Numbered from the stretch's first letter, positions 36,268 to 48,199 are shown. The stretch: 64,000 nt of DNA from Blepharisma stoltei ATCC 30299 (GCA_965603825.1 CBFDEM010000028.1:558001-622000); one strand, 5' to 3'. A program made the numbers and translations. Notes: generated from the letters alone by a model not told the origin.

Positions 36268-37020
36268 ATGAAAATTTCACAAAAAAATCGAAAATTATTC
36301 CTAACCTGGTGGGCGATTACGGTGTTTATGTATTTATCTTCAGGGCTTTCTTGAGCATTAACAGCATTGTTTTTAGAAATTTTTTCTTTTATAGGAGTAC
36401 TTCTTTCTAGCAAGAATTTTGACCCTCCACCAAAAATAATCGACTATTGCAGCATATGCAAGTCTACACTTATTATTAACACAAAATGCGGACATTATAT
36501 ATGCCAAGAATGCTTTAATCATAGTAAAACTCATTATTTTGATAATGGCCAAGTGAATTGCTATTTTTGCAGCGAAATTATCCCTGAAAATTTACCTTTA
36601 AAAGACCAAGGGGATATGGAAATACACACAAATGAGGATGAAAATAAATTTCAATGCTCAATAGATATGAATTTTTATCCAGTTTCAAAGGAATTTAGGC
36701 TTAGCTGTGATCATTCTTATTGTAAAGATTGCTTAGTTAAGTACTTAAAAGAAGAGATTGAGACTTGCGAAGGATTTGATACAATGGTGACGTGTAGACG
36801 ATGCAGCGAAGAAATAAAAAATTTTGAAGTTTTTGGGTTGTTTAGTTTTAATGAGTTTATGAATTTTTTGAAGCGAAAATCAAGCATACTGAAAAAGATA
36901 AATATTCCAACTATTTCTTGTAAAAACTGTGGGCTGTGGTTTTGTTATGATTTATATAGAAAAAGTAGATGTCCTAATCCAATATGCTTACAGAGTGCTG
37001 CAAAAAATGGCCAAAAATAA
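36268..37020 (+). CDS. Membrane-anchored protein with two RING-like zinc fingers
   Basis: ATG 36268 is in frame through one TGA; hydrophobic N-terminus; CSIC...CGHYICQEC...CYFC and CSID...CDHSYCKDC...CRRC. Confidence 0.75.
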
Positions 37021-37105
37021 GTTCCTTATATTTTAATTAAAAAATTCCAAAACCAAGCTTTTATTCATTAATTAATTACTTGATAGCTTTCTTATATATA
37101 GTCAC

Positions 37106-40100
37106 TTAAACCTTTTTATATATCTCTTCTAATTTTTTCAGCTCTATTTCATAAATGCTCCATGCTAATAAAGTTTCATTAGGATCTCTTTGCAAGTAAT
37201 TTCTTTCACATGCATTTAATTTCTCGCTCCACGTAGCTTTATCAAATGTAACTATTTTTCTGTCTACATCATCAGCTAAATTCTGCAAAGACCTTTCGAT
37301 TTTTTCTTTTGTTTCTTCAATTTTCATCCTGACTTGTTCATGCGTTAAATTACTATTAAACCTATAAAACATTTTTATATCGTCAATGCTGAACAAGTTT
37401 CTTTCTAAGCATTTATTATAAATAAACTGGATATCAAAACAAATATCTTCTATTCCTTCATCTAAAAATTCATCTTTTTTTAATATAGCTTTATTAGGGG
37501 AAATATTTCTAACTAGCATTTGAAACTCGCTCTTAAGCAAATGGTCTTTATCTTCACCATATTTAATGGCTTGAGATAGGATGTAAAGTCCTTGATCTAT
37601 TCTATATAGATAGTCTTCATATGTTTCTATAATTAAATCCAGCATTTTGTCCATATCAATCAAGCTGACATTAATTTTATTTGGATCAGGCACTGACATT
37701 TTTTCTAGCTTTATGCAGAGTCTTGCCATAGCATCTTTAGCTAGCCTATTTTCAGTGCGATTATTAATAAATTCTATCCCTCTGACTGTTGGTAATAAAA
37801 TTTTATCATCAGTATCATCAAGCCCAATAACAACTCCTACGTTAGACGTAAGCATAAAATCAAGAGCTTGTACATAAAATTCAAAGCTGAGCTTTGAATA
37901 AGTTTTAGCACCTATTTTTTCACTTGCATTAATAAATCTTAAAAACATCATCGCCCTTTTACTCTCTGAATAATAGCTAAATAAAGAAGCAATAAACTCA
38001 AGCATTTTTTTTTCAGCAACCTGCTTAAGCCCATATCTCTGGATAAAATCGTCATAGGTCAAGCATATTAAACTTTCCACAGTTTCTCCTACTTTAAACT
38101 TGTTAGCACATGTTGTACAAATTGCAATGGTCAGACGATTTACCATTCTTTTGCTCATTGTCGCTTTTTTCTTTATCCAATCTATTTTTTTCCCTAAAAA
38201 TCTTTCAAGCAAATTTATCGCTGGATGTGGCTTTTTTGATTGCTGCCATAATTTTTTTGAAAAATGGAACTCTTTGAATTTTGTTTTTGATTTAACGTGC
38301 TTTTTTGGACTGAAATCTCGGGGTAATTTATATTTGACTTCTTCTTCATTTTCAGAGATAGAGCCACTGCGTGTTTTTACTCTAGTGGTTTGGGCAGTTA
38401 TAATCTTTTCTTCAAGACTTATATTAGTCTCTAACGGTTCTTTATCAATATTACCTCTTTTATCTGTCAAAGGTCCATCAAGATTATCATAATTTTCTCT
38501 TTTTCCAGTCAAAAGTCCATCAATGCTTTCTCTTTTTTCGGATAGAGGCCCTTCAATGTCGCTTTCTCCATCTAAAATACAGCTTTCTTGCTTGCTGACC
38601 ACCCCTGAGTTGCTTTCTACTTTACTGTCTTCCCAGAAATCTTCTTCACCAGTGTCAGATTTATTATCAATTTTTTTGGCAAAAGAGGTATTAAGGTAAT
38701 TAGCAGACATCCCTTCTTCAATTCCTAACTTTTCGCCTTCTAAAAATCCCTCATGTCTCCCTTTTTCATAGCCAACAGAATACCCAGCTTTCCAAGATGG
38801 AATATCCGCGCCTTCATGAACCAAAATTTTTAATTCAGGCTCAATTATATAATCCTCAGGAGATGCTGATTTCAAAGAAGGCGGAATTGGATCTGGCTCC
38901 TTTAATGGTTTGACACTGTCTTGGACCTTCCTTTCATCTCTCATTGTTAATGCTCTTTTACTTGGCTCCTCAATTGAATATTTCTGTTTTTCAGTTGCCT
39001 GCCGCTGTGGTCTATCTGTCATTTTTGCTTGATTTTCATTTTTTTCTTTATTTTCGATTTCTGCATTTATTTTTTCTAGCAACTTGGTTTTATTTTTTAT
39101 TTGCAAATTAATAGCTTCTACGGCTTCTTTTTTCTCAGCTATCAATTTGTCTAATGCAATAATTCTTCTTGACTTTTCAGGGATTAATTGTGAATCTGGG
39201 ACTATTTTTTCTAGCATTGGGGATTGTATTTCTGAAGGCTGAGTTGATAAGGATTTTTTCTCTTTTGGCTTCTGGTTTTTTGGGATTTTAATTTCTCGTC
39301 TGTTAGGCTGGGTAAGCCTTATTGGCTTTTCTTTTTCATTTTTAGTTTCTAAAACAGATTTATCTTCAATCATTATTGGTTCTTCACTCTGTTTTTCTTC
39401 CAGCTCTTCTATTTTTGAATCTTCTTTTAATGAAAAATCAATAGTATCAACTCTGCTTGGGAGGCTTTCCGACTCTTCTTTTTCAGTATTGGGCTCTTCC
39501 TCCTTTTCCTCAATCTCCATAATTGATATCTGTGCTTCCTGCACATTTTCTTCTTCGTTTTCAATTTCTATATAATCAGTCTGTGTTTCTTTTTCCTCAA
39601 TATTCCCTTTATTTTCCTCCTTAATTTCTTCAGTTTGTATTTCTATTTCAATTCATTTATTTTCTTCATTATTTTCTGGCTCTTCTGTCTGAGTGCATTT
39701 TTCGCATTCTATTTCCTCATGTTCTGAGTCTTCTTCCTGAAGCTTTAATAGAGGTTCTTCTTTGACATCTTCTAAATCAATTAGTGACTTTTGTGGAGAA
39801 AGCTGCTCAGATCCATATATATTTGATAGAACGCTTACTTCTTGGCTGAATGCTCCTTGGTTTTCAGGGACTTTTGACTCTCCTTGTGAGCTCTCAAATT
39901 TTTTTTTAATGTTTTCTTTTAGCCTTTGCCTTCTTATGCTCTTTTTCATGGCTTTAGGAGTCAGAGTTCGATAATAATTACTATAAATTCTTCTAAAATC
40001 CTCAGCCTCCTTCAGCTTTTCCATTGCTAATTCTCATTGTTTTAAATAAAAATCAGCTTTTTCTTTGACCATTCTCTTTGAATTTGCCTTTTTTTCGACC

Positions 40101-41002
40101 AGCTTTTGCAATTCTTCAATCTTTTTTTCATCTCTATTGATAATATTTTCATAATTATTTTTCATTTCTTCTCTTTTCCAGCTAAAATTCTGCTGCGCCT
40201 CATTTATTATTTTTTTTAATTTTTTGGTTTTTCTGTCATTAATTTTTGAAAAAATTTCAAAAATTTCTTGTAACGTTTCCCCTCTTTCTATACACTGGAC
40301 TGAGACTTGTCTAGCAATTTCCCGAAAGCACATGGTATAAATCAATTTGGTGTTTTTTACAGTTTTACTATCAGAATTTTCAAGTAATTCAAAATCAAAA
40401 TCAGGCACATAAGTCTCCTTCATCCACTGTAGCCATTTTCTTAAATTTTCTATATCTTGTCTTCCAGTTGGGTTTCCTAGATTATATCTTTCAATTTCTA
40501 TTGAGTCATGCTCACTTTTTACACCTCCTTTTCCTTGTTGATGAGTAAGCAGTGTTCTTTCTACACAAGGCTCTCTTCGGCATTGAAGAGGACTTAAAAG
40601 TCCTTGTGGGCTTACCGAATTAGAAATGCCATATTGGTCGCTGCTTTTTATAACCTTTTCTAAATGCTCAATTTCAACTGGCAGCACATTTTGAATTATT
40701 TTCATATCTAGGGGTGGAAATTTCAGTTTGTCTTTTAAATGTGAGACATCTCTTGTAGGTAAGCCAAACGATAATTTAGGAGCATTTTTATCCTTGTCTA
40801 GTTTAATTAGTTCTTTAATCTCATCTGGGTTTATACTTTTAGGACTAATATGTGTTGATTTTATATGTTGAGGAGATCGTAGCTGATTTTTCGAAAAATC
40901 AGCCATTGATGACCTAGTAAAAACCAAGTTCGCAATGCTTTCATCTTCTTTATAATGCAGTTTGGGAATAATTCTTAAATCTGAACTTGTCCTTTTTTTC
41001 AT
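37106..41002 (-). CDS. Large (about 1298 aa) protein with an axonemal dynein light chain (p28/AXDND1-like) domain
   Basis: Three track ORFs share one frame through TGAs at 40034 and 39653. PTGRQDIENLRKWL...CFREIARQVSVQCIERGETL resembles the Ax_dynein_light motif. Confidence 0.72.
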
Positions 41003-41057
41003 ATTTTGGAAACTAATATTAAAAAATAATCTTTAGTTATATATAGAGCCTGTAAAA

Positions 41058-42191
41058 CTACAGAGGATGAAACTTCAAAGACTCCTCATACACCATACTT
41101 TGCAATAAAGGCTTAGTTGGAGTAAAATCATCAAACGACCAGTCAAATGGAGACGGGGCTGTTGGCTCCTCTTCAGCATTATGAAGACCTTCAAAATAAG
41201 GATGCGCAAGGCATTCTTCGACTGTAAATCTTTTATTCGGGTTAAAAACGAGCATTTTGTTAAGCAAATCCAATGCGATAGGATTTGCCTTTGCATATAG
41301 CGTCGACCATGGCACTCTTTGCCTCTTTGGTAGCCCTTTAATGAACCTCTTTGCAGACTCATTGCCTATAAATGCCATATCTTCTTGGCTAGGAATTCCT
41401 AAGACAGCTATAATTCTTTGGACTTGGTCCAAGTAATCTTCTCCAGGGAACAGCGGCGACCTTCCTAGCAGTTCTGCAAAGACACAGCCAACACTTCATA
41501 TATCAAGCGCTTTCGTATAATGACTTGCATTTAAAATAACTTCTGGAGCACGATACCACCTTGTGACGACATATTCAGTCAGATTATCGTCTCTTTCATT
41601 ATCATAGCCTCTTGCGAGGCCTAAATCACATATCTTTAAATCACAATTTTTATTCAATAATAAGTTGCTGGGCTTCAGATCTCTGTGAATGACGTCGCCA
41701 GAATGCATATAAAGTAGGCCTCTTAATACTTGGTACATGAAATATTGAATGTGCTCATCAGTGAGTTCTTGCATTGAGTAAATCACACGGTGAAGGTCGG
41801 TTTCCATCAAATCTGTAATAATATAAATATCGTCATAGCCAGTTCGTGCTGGAGGTCTTTGAACGTCGAGTAGAGAAATAATGTTCTCATGATCAAAAAA
41901 GCTGAGCAGCTTGATTTCTCGGAGGATTCGTTTAGCGTCAATTAGGTCTTCGAAGGCTTTGGGGATTTTTTTAATTGCGACTTTGGTGTTGGTTCGACGG
42001 TCTAAGGCACTTATGACAACACCATAGGCTCCATGACCAATTTGTTTGATGAATTGGTAATGGGAATCAACAGTAAACGAAGTGCCGGAGCATTCAAAAG
42101 TAACCTTATTGGGCTGGGATTTTGATTTCATACTATGGCCGAGCTCGTTGTTTCGAGATCCTGAACGAGAATGACTTCTAGGATTGTTCAT
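41058..42191 (-). CDS. MAPK: Mitogen-activated protein kinase (TEY activation loop)
   Basis: IGHGAYGVV, HRDLKPSN, LTEYVVTRWYRAPE and ALDI[W]SVGC (TGA 41496-41498). Confidence 0.96.
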
Positions 42192-43206
42192 TTAAATTAT
42201 TAGAACTAATCAAATGAATATATAATTGGATAATATCTATTGATGGAAAGAATTACCGTCTCATTTAATTTTATTAAAATAAATGCGGTTCCACTAAGTC
42301 ACTTTAATTTACTTACTTTTATTGTCATGCTTTATTTTATAAAAGATAGTTTATTAAGAAAAGTAAATTAATTATTTCGAAAATTATTAATAAATTTCTC
42401 TATTTATGCTATTTAAAGGGAAAATAATTTTTGATTTGAGCATCAAAATTTGCAAATAGCAAAGCAGATAGTAATTTATTAGAAACAATAAATCCAAGTA
42501 ATTTACCCATAAAATCTAAAAATAGATCATTTCTTCCCAATAAAGCCTAATATCATTAAGAAATATTTTATAGTATATCTGAGTATATATTTTATAATCA
42601 GTCTTTATACTTTAAGCTTATTTCTATGGCCGAATATTTGGGCTTTATTTAGGATAGTATTTATTGATAAGCTGAAAATCAACTATTTAAGCATTTCGTC
42701 AATTTTGCTAATCATTTTTAAGTGCCAATACTGTTCAAAAGAAGTTTGATCCTTTACAGCTTAATCTGATTCTTTCCCAAATTTATTTGCTTGTATAAAT
42801 CTTCTGAAAATTGCTGATACCTGAGTTTCTTATTTTATTGCTCTCATTTAGCATCTCTTCTTCTCTGAAAGCTATTATTATCCTAAAATTCACTGTCAAA
42901 AGCTCGAAATATTTTATTTATTATTTAAAATGCTTTTATAATCATTATCTTTAACAAGAGTTGGTTAAATATTCAACTCTAGCTCTCTCAGATAATTTTT
43001 TTTTCTTCTCAGAATATTGCATACCTCAGCTCTCAAACAAGCTTTTTAAAAATGATTATCAATTTTCAGATCAAAATTATTATCATTCTTCCTATAAGTA
43101 TTCAGAATGCTCAAAACAAATCAACGAGGCAAAATTCTATTTTATTAAGAATCGACTATCATTCTTTTCCTTCCATTTACATATATAAAAAATTCCCTGA
43201 TATATC

Positions 43207-43911
43207 ATGACTTCAACCCAAATCGAGGAGAAAATCTTAGAAAACGGAGATTCCCAAAAGAAAGAAGAGACAGAAGAAAACCGCGACCTTCTTGATTTCA
43301 TAGACTGGAGCAGTTGTGATGACGAAGGCGATTCAAGCAGGTAAATTTGATATAGTGACCCCGGAGATTGAAATCCGCCTACTTTTAAAACGATTTCTCC
43401 ATTAATCTTCCGGAAGGCCTCTCGAAGATGGCTTGCATCCCAGACTCCTGATTTTTATTCCCAAGAGAAAAACACAGTGGGAATGAAGAAAACCAAAGTC
43501 CTAGCGGGGAAGTGTTTGCAGGCGTTCGAGAACTACTTGGCATCAATTACAATGATGTATTATGGCGACCCTTACGTTTCCAAGAAGTCAGAACCTGTTG
43601 TGGCTGCGTCTTATCGGCCTGGGAAGCGTCCTCGGAATGTGCTTCAAATGGATCCTCTTGCATTTTTATTATCACCTTTAAGACAAGAATTTTCTTTTGG
43701 TAAAGCATAAATAGAAAACTGGAGTCCTCAACAAGTCGCTGTTTTTGAATGTGGCCTTTGCAGCTTTGGAAAAGAGTTTAAAGTGATTGAGAAGCTTCTG
43801 AAGTTTTCCAAATCTTATCAGGAAGTAACCCAATTTTATCATATGTGGAAGCAAACTTCGCATTATAAGATATGGAAAGAGTGTTTGATAAAAGATAGAG
43901 AATATAGCTAA
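43207..43911 (+). CDS. SANT/Myb-like domain protein (MTA/MIER-type SANT); only a fragment appears in the ORF track
   Basis: ATG 43207, introns 43341-43355 and 43700-43714, one TGA. Last exon encodes ENWSPQQVAVFECGLCSFGKEFKVI...KSYQEVTQFYHMWKQTSHY. Confidence 0.85.
43341..43355 (+). other. 15-nt intron
   Basis: GTAAATTTGATATAG; creates TAA if retained, A10. Confidence 0.85.
43700..43714 (+). other. 15-nt intron
   Basis: GTAAAGCATAAATAG; contains an in-frame TAA; removal opens the SANT exon. Confidence 0.9.
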
Positions 43912-44020
43912 CTGTTATTTTACCTTTAAATTCCTCTATTTTCGCTTTGAAAATAATTTTTTTATTGTTTATTTTTATTAAAATCCTTATTTATGAGTTG
44001 CATTTTTTAGAGATATACAA

Positions 44021-44100
44021 CCTCGGGGACACTGTGGTACGGACACGCAAGAGATTTTTGGAGCCTGCCAAAGCTCACGGTTTCTCGGCTGTGTGCACCA
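44021..44100. ncRNA. Candidate structured non-coding RNA (family unassigned)
   Basis: 46 of 80 nt are G+C inside a very AT-rich intergenic spacer; the minus strand folds by hand into a 66-nt extended hairpin. Confidence 0.4.
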
Positions 44101-44225
44101 TTAGTCAGTAAAAGAGCAGGATAAAGTAAATTTTCATTTATACTAAATAAGAAAACATTGAGTAATAATCAAGAGAAAAGAAATGATAAGGCTGACCAGC
44201 AGATTAATGATAATAATTCAATAAG

Positions 44226-44834
44226 ATGGAACAGGACTATGACTATCTCATGAAAGTGCTTTTGATAGGTGATAGCTCTGTCGGGAAAACTTCAGTGCTC
44301 TTACGATATGTTGACGATACCTACAACCCTGAGTTCCAAACTACAATTGGAGTAGACTTTAAAATCTCAACCATGGAGCTACAAGGAAAGGTAATCAAGC
44401 TTCAGCTTTGGGACACCGCAGGACAAGACCGATTTAAAAATATCGTTGCGTCTTATTACAGAGGCGCTCAAGGAGTTATTTTGATGTATGATATAACGAA
44501 CCAGGCGAGTTTCCAAAATATCAAGAATTGGTACAACGAAACCCTGAATCATCTACAATCGTCAACGCCTAAACTATTAGTAGGAAATAAACTAGATTTA
44601 GCGTCACAGAGAACAGTAAAATTAGCAGAAGCCCAAGAATTGGCTGACAGACTGTCAATGAGCTATATAGAAACGTCTGCTAAGAACAGCCAAAATGTTA
44701 GGCTTGCATTCGAAACATTAACGAGAAGTATGCTAAACCAAGTTAGCACGACTGAACCGATGAAAGGGGTTGGAGGGGCGACAAAAATAAAGGATGGGAA
44801 AAGCATTAAAAAAGGCACGTGCTGCAATTCATAA
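44226..44834 (+). CDS. RAB1: Rab GTPase, Rab1-like
   Basis: GDSSVGKT, TIGVDFK, WDTAGQDRF, YYRGAQG, GNKLD, ETSAK and C-terminal CCNS. Confidence 0.9.
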   Translation: MEQDYDYLMKVLLIGDSSVGKTSVLLRYVDDTYNPEFQTTIGVDFKISTMELQGKVIKLQLWDTAGQDRFKNIVASYYRGAQGVILMYDITNQASFQNIKNWYNETLNHLQSSTPKLLVGNKLDLASQRTVKLAEAQELADRLSMSYIETSAKNSQNVRLAFETLTRSMLNQVSTTEPMKGVGGATKIKDGKSIKKGTCCNS

Positions 44835-45070
44835 TAATATAAACTTTAGTAGAATAAGATTGAAATTAAAATTAATAGGAAATTTAGTGGATTATTTTAT
44901 ATATAATTTGTAAAACAAATATAGAAAGATGCTTGTCATGAGGGCCTAGGGTTGTATTAAAGCTAATTTATTACTTAGGAGATTTTATTCACTAATCTAC
45001 ATGAAAATAAAAAATTTTTTATTCGGTTTTGAGAATTTACAATATAAAATGGACCACAAATATATAAAAA

Positions 45071-45544
45071 ATGAGCAGAGATACAATATTTACTACAGAA
45101 CCTGCAAAGTATTTCCAAAGCGAAGATTTGCCACAGAAGCCTAAACATGCCACCCATCTAGTAACTTATCCAAATTTCCTTATTTCAGACATTGACCACT
45201 CTTTAGACAGGCCATTTACAAGCTCTCCTCAGAAGCAAAATAAAAAATTTGTTTATTCATACAATTTTAACATAAACAGAGAAAACTTGCCTCAGGATTT
45301 TGATAAAAAGCCTATAGGTAAAAAGCGGACCCAGTTTTCAAACAATGCTTATTCAAGCACATTTAACCCAATCTCATTTGACGCCTCACAAAGTGAATCC
45401 AAGTCAAAACCTTTAAAAAAACGCAATCCCTTTCATCAGTCTTCTCTGAAAAATCTTCATGAAGACCATAAGCTGTCAGTAAAATCTAATTATTCAAAAA
45501 TCCACGACAGCAGAGGAGTTAAGGATTTACTTAATTATTCCTAA
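45071..45544 (+). CDS. Uncharacterized protein
   Basis: 157-aa ORF with ATG after an A-rich leader. Confidence 0.6.
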   Translation: MSRDTIFTTEPAKYFQSEDLPQKPKHATHLVTYPNFLISDIDHSLDRPFTSSPQKQNKKFVYSYNFNINRENLPQDFDKKPIGKKRTQFSNNAYSSTFNPISFDASQSESKSKPLKKRNPFHQSSLKNLHEDHKLSVKSNYSKIHDSRGVKDLLNYS

Positions 45545-45571
45545 TTTCACAAAAAATATGTAAATAATCTT

Positions 45572-46750
45572 ATGGAGTTTAAAGGGAGTTCACTTTTCAG
45601 ATACCGAATAATCTGCTCAATCCTTGCAGGAACGCCAATAATAATCTCAGAAATTCGTTCTGACAGTGAATACCCTGGGCTTGCTGACTATGAAGTAAAA
45701 TATCTCGAGCTTATCGCAAAACTAATGAATGGCAGCATCATTGATGTCAACGAAACAGGTACACGGCTTCGCTTTACACCAGGAATAATCACAAATAATC
45801 CCACTTTAGACCTGATTGAGCATGACTGTGGAACCGAAAGAGGTCTTGGCTATTTTATTGAAGGAATTTTGCCTTTTGTTATGTTTGGCAAGAATAAGCT
45901 AAATATCAATTTAATCGGAGTCACAAATGAAATGCTGGATATTGGGGTCGATATAATCCAATATGTACAGATACCATTAATAAAAAAGTTTGGGGTTGAA
46001 GAGATTGATATAAAAATTTTGTCAAGAGGAAATAATGGGAAAGTAAACTTGAAGGCAACTCCGATCAGAAAGTTTAATTCAGATATTAACTTGGTGGATA
46101 CAGGAAAAATCAAAAGAGTAAGAGGTGTCGCTTATACAAGCAAAATTAATGCACAAATGGGAAACCGAGCTGCATATGCGGCTAAAGGACATTTACACAG
46201 CTTTTTGCCTGATATATGGATAAACACAGACCACCATAAATCAGAAACAGCCTTATTAGGAATAGTCCTAGTTGCTGAAACAAATACAGGCGCCTTGCTA
46301 TCAAGCGAATACATGAGAGGAGAAGAAAGCACAATTGAAGACTTAGAAACAGAAGTCCCTGAAGATTTAGGAACCCTTGCAGTTTATCAGCTATTAGACG
46401 AAATTTTTTATGGTGGCTACGTTGATACTTCTAATCAATGTCTCGTCCTTTTATTGATGGCTTTATCTACTTCTAAATCTTCTCTTAGGCTTGGAAGACT
46501 CTCACAGTCTGCCGTCGAAGTATTAAGACTGATTAAAAAAATGTTTCGAGTCACTTTTACACTTCAAGACACAGAAAACCCTGGCGAAGATGATATAAAA
46601 GAAGAGGAAGAAGGAAGCGAGGAAGAGGGAGACGAAGAGGATTATCAAGAAATTGAGCTAGAAAATCCTTTGGTGGAGAATTTGCCGAGAAATGTAATTG
46701 CGACGTGTGTTGGGATTGGGTATGAAAATATGGCAAGGATTGGGTTTTAG
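45572..46750 (+). CDS. RCL1: RNA 3'-terminal phosphate cyclase-like protein Rcl1
   Basis: FRYRIICSILAG..IIISEIR....PGLADYE, NETGT.LRFTPG, GKIKRVRGVAY, PEDLG and C-terminal CVGIGYENM. Confidence 0.92.
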   Translation: MEFKGSSLFRYRIICSILAGTPIIISEIRSDSEYPGLADYEVKYLELIAKLMNGSIIDVNETGTRLRFTPGIITNNPTLDLIEHDCGTERGLGYFIEGILPFVMFGKNKLNINLIGVTNEMLDIGVDIIQYVQIPLIKKFGVEEIDIKILSRGNNGKVNLKATPIRKFNSDINLVDTGKIKRVRGVAYTSKINAQMGNRAAYAAKGHLHSFLPDIWINTDHHKSETALLGIVLVAETNTGALLSSEYMRGEESTIEDLETEVPEDLGTLAVYQLLDEIFYGGYVDTSNQCLVLLLMALSTSKSSLRLGRLSQSAVEVLRLIKKMFRVTFTLQDTENPGEDDIKEEEEGSEEEGDEEDYQEIELENPLVENLPRNVIATCVGIGYENMARIGF

Positions 46751-46997
46751 TCTATTAATAGTTTTCTCGTAGTTATTGATAAATGAGACAAAAAAGTGGT
46801 AGCTATAGAGACAAATTTAAGGGATATACCACTTATAAAATAAAAATTAATTAAATAATTATTTTTCTCATAAAGTTTTATATGATTCCGCAGATATGTT
46901 CAATTGAAATATAAGCTCGTGTGCATACATATAGCTACTAAATAGAGAATTTTAATCATTATATTCCAAATTTTAAGAATTTAGATAAATGCTTAGC

Positions 46998-47603
46998 TTA
47001 ATGTCCAAGAGCTTCTAAATTTTGCAAAACTCCAGCCAAAGGTCCATCCTTAATTCTGTCTGCTGCCTGAACTTTAGCTTCTTGTTTATCAAGCTTACCC
47101 TGGTACCAAGCTTTCGCTCTCTCTTTCCTCTTATTCTCAAGTTTATCGATAAGTTCTTTGTGTTTCCATCCGATTTTAGCAGCTAGTTCGCCAAGCACTG
47201 TATATTTTCTTGTAGGTCCTAATTTTAAGACTCTCAAAGCATCTGGGATAACCATTTTCTTTTTGGTGTCATAAGGGTGAGGAACTCCGTCAAAAGCTTT
47301 CAATCTGTCAAGTGCAGCTTGTCCAATAGGGGTCTTTCTTGGCACCATCCCTCTGACAGCTTTAAGAAGCATCATTGATGGGGCTTTGAAGTGGAAAGGT
47401 CCACGCTTTGGATTTGTATTCATTCTCTTGCGGAGATAGGTCATGTACTTGATACGGTTTAAAGCCATGTGTCCTGTGACGTTGATCTCATCGCAACGTA
47501 CAACTGTGATATGTTGGCCGGCAAGAAGCTCTTTTGCGACGATAGAAGCTAAACGTCCAAGGAGGTGTCCTCTGCCATCTACCACCACTTCTTTCTTAAA
47601 CAT
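46998..47603 (-). CDS. RPL13A: 60S ribosomal protein L13a (uL13)
   Basis: VDGRGHLLGRLAS, NPKRGPFHFKAPS and VRGMVP. Confidence 0.98.
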   Translation of the reverse strand: MFKKEVVVDGRGHLLGRLASIVAKELLAGQHITVVRCDEINVTGHMALNRIKYMTYLRKRMNTNPKRGPFHFKAPSMMLLKAVRGMVPRKTPIGQAALDRLKAFDGVPHPYDTKKKMVIPDALRVLKLGPTRKYTVLGELAAKIGWKHKELIDKLENKRKERAKAWYQGKLDKQEAKVQAADRIKDGPLAGVLQNLEALGH

Positions 47604-48199
47604 AATATGGCTTTGATTATGATGCTAGAATTTATGCAATAGGAAGGATTAATAAAATGCGAAGAAATAGAAGGTGAGAAAGGAAATTTTTGAGTTTGGC
47701 TTGGATTTTAAGGGAAAACAATTAACTTGATATGAATTTTGGCTCTTTATTTACAGAAGAGTAAATTTACTTACTTTTAGCATGAATCACAAAAAAATAC
47801 TTGGAAAGCCTGTTTTATTCATGCTGGAAATTTTTTTTCTATATCAGTTATCACTTCTATCCCTAATTGAGGACCCGCATATTTAATTTGGAATTTAAGC
47901 TCTATGATTTGAAAATTTTATCTCTGCTATTTGATATTCAGAAATCATAACTTAATTCAACACTTTTTAAGATATATAAATCATTGTTACCCAATAATTA
48001 TAAATTAATTACTTAATAACTTTTAAACCAGGATCCAGCTCTTATTTATTATTTTTTGATGATTAAATTCTGCATTAAACATAATCACTTTGCAAACTCA
48101 TATTCTTTGTAATATTTCAGTCGTAATCTATAATTTATTGCTATTAGCTATAGACATTTTGCGTTGTTTGTATTGAAAAGTGGCGTAAATAAATAGTTA

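Noticed and set aside
42192-43206. 1-kb spacer containing ORF 42961..43188
   Set aside because: Very AT-rich, non-ATG start, low-complexity translation; no gene or RNA structure found by eye.
44035-44100. tRNA-like reading of the GC island (CTCCAAA resembles a Trp anticodon loop; both strands end in ACCA)
   Set aside because: No anticodon stem pairing, no T-arm GTTC and no cloverleaf.
43992-44138. 48-codon minus-strand ORF (MKIYFILLFY...) over the GC island
   Set aside because: No recognisable similarity, and the hairpin explains the GC content better. Not formally excluded.
44391-44405. GTAATCAAGCTTCAG, a 15-nt GT..AG in Rab1
   Set aside because: It encodes the conserved VIKLQ before LWDTAGQ and has C, not A, at position 10.
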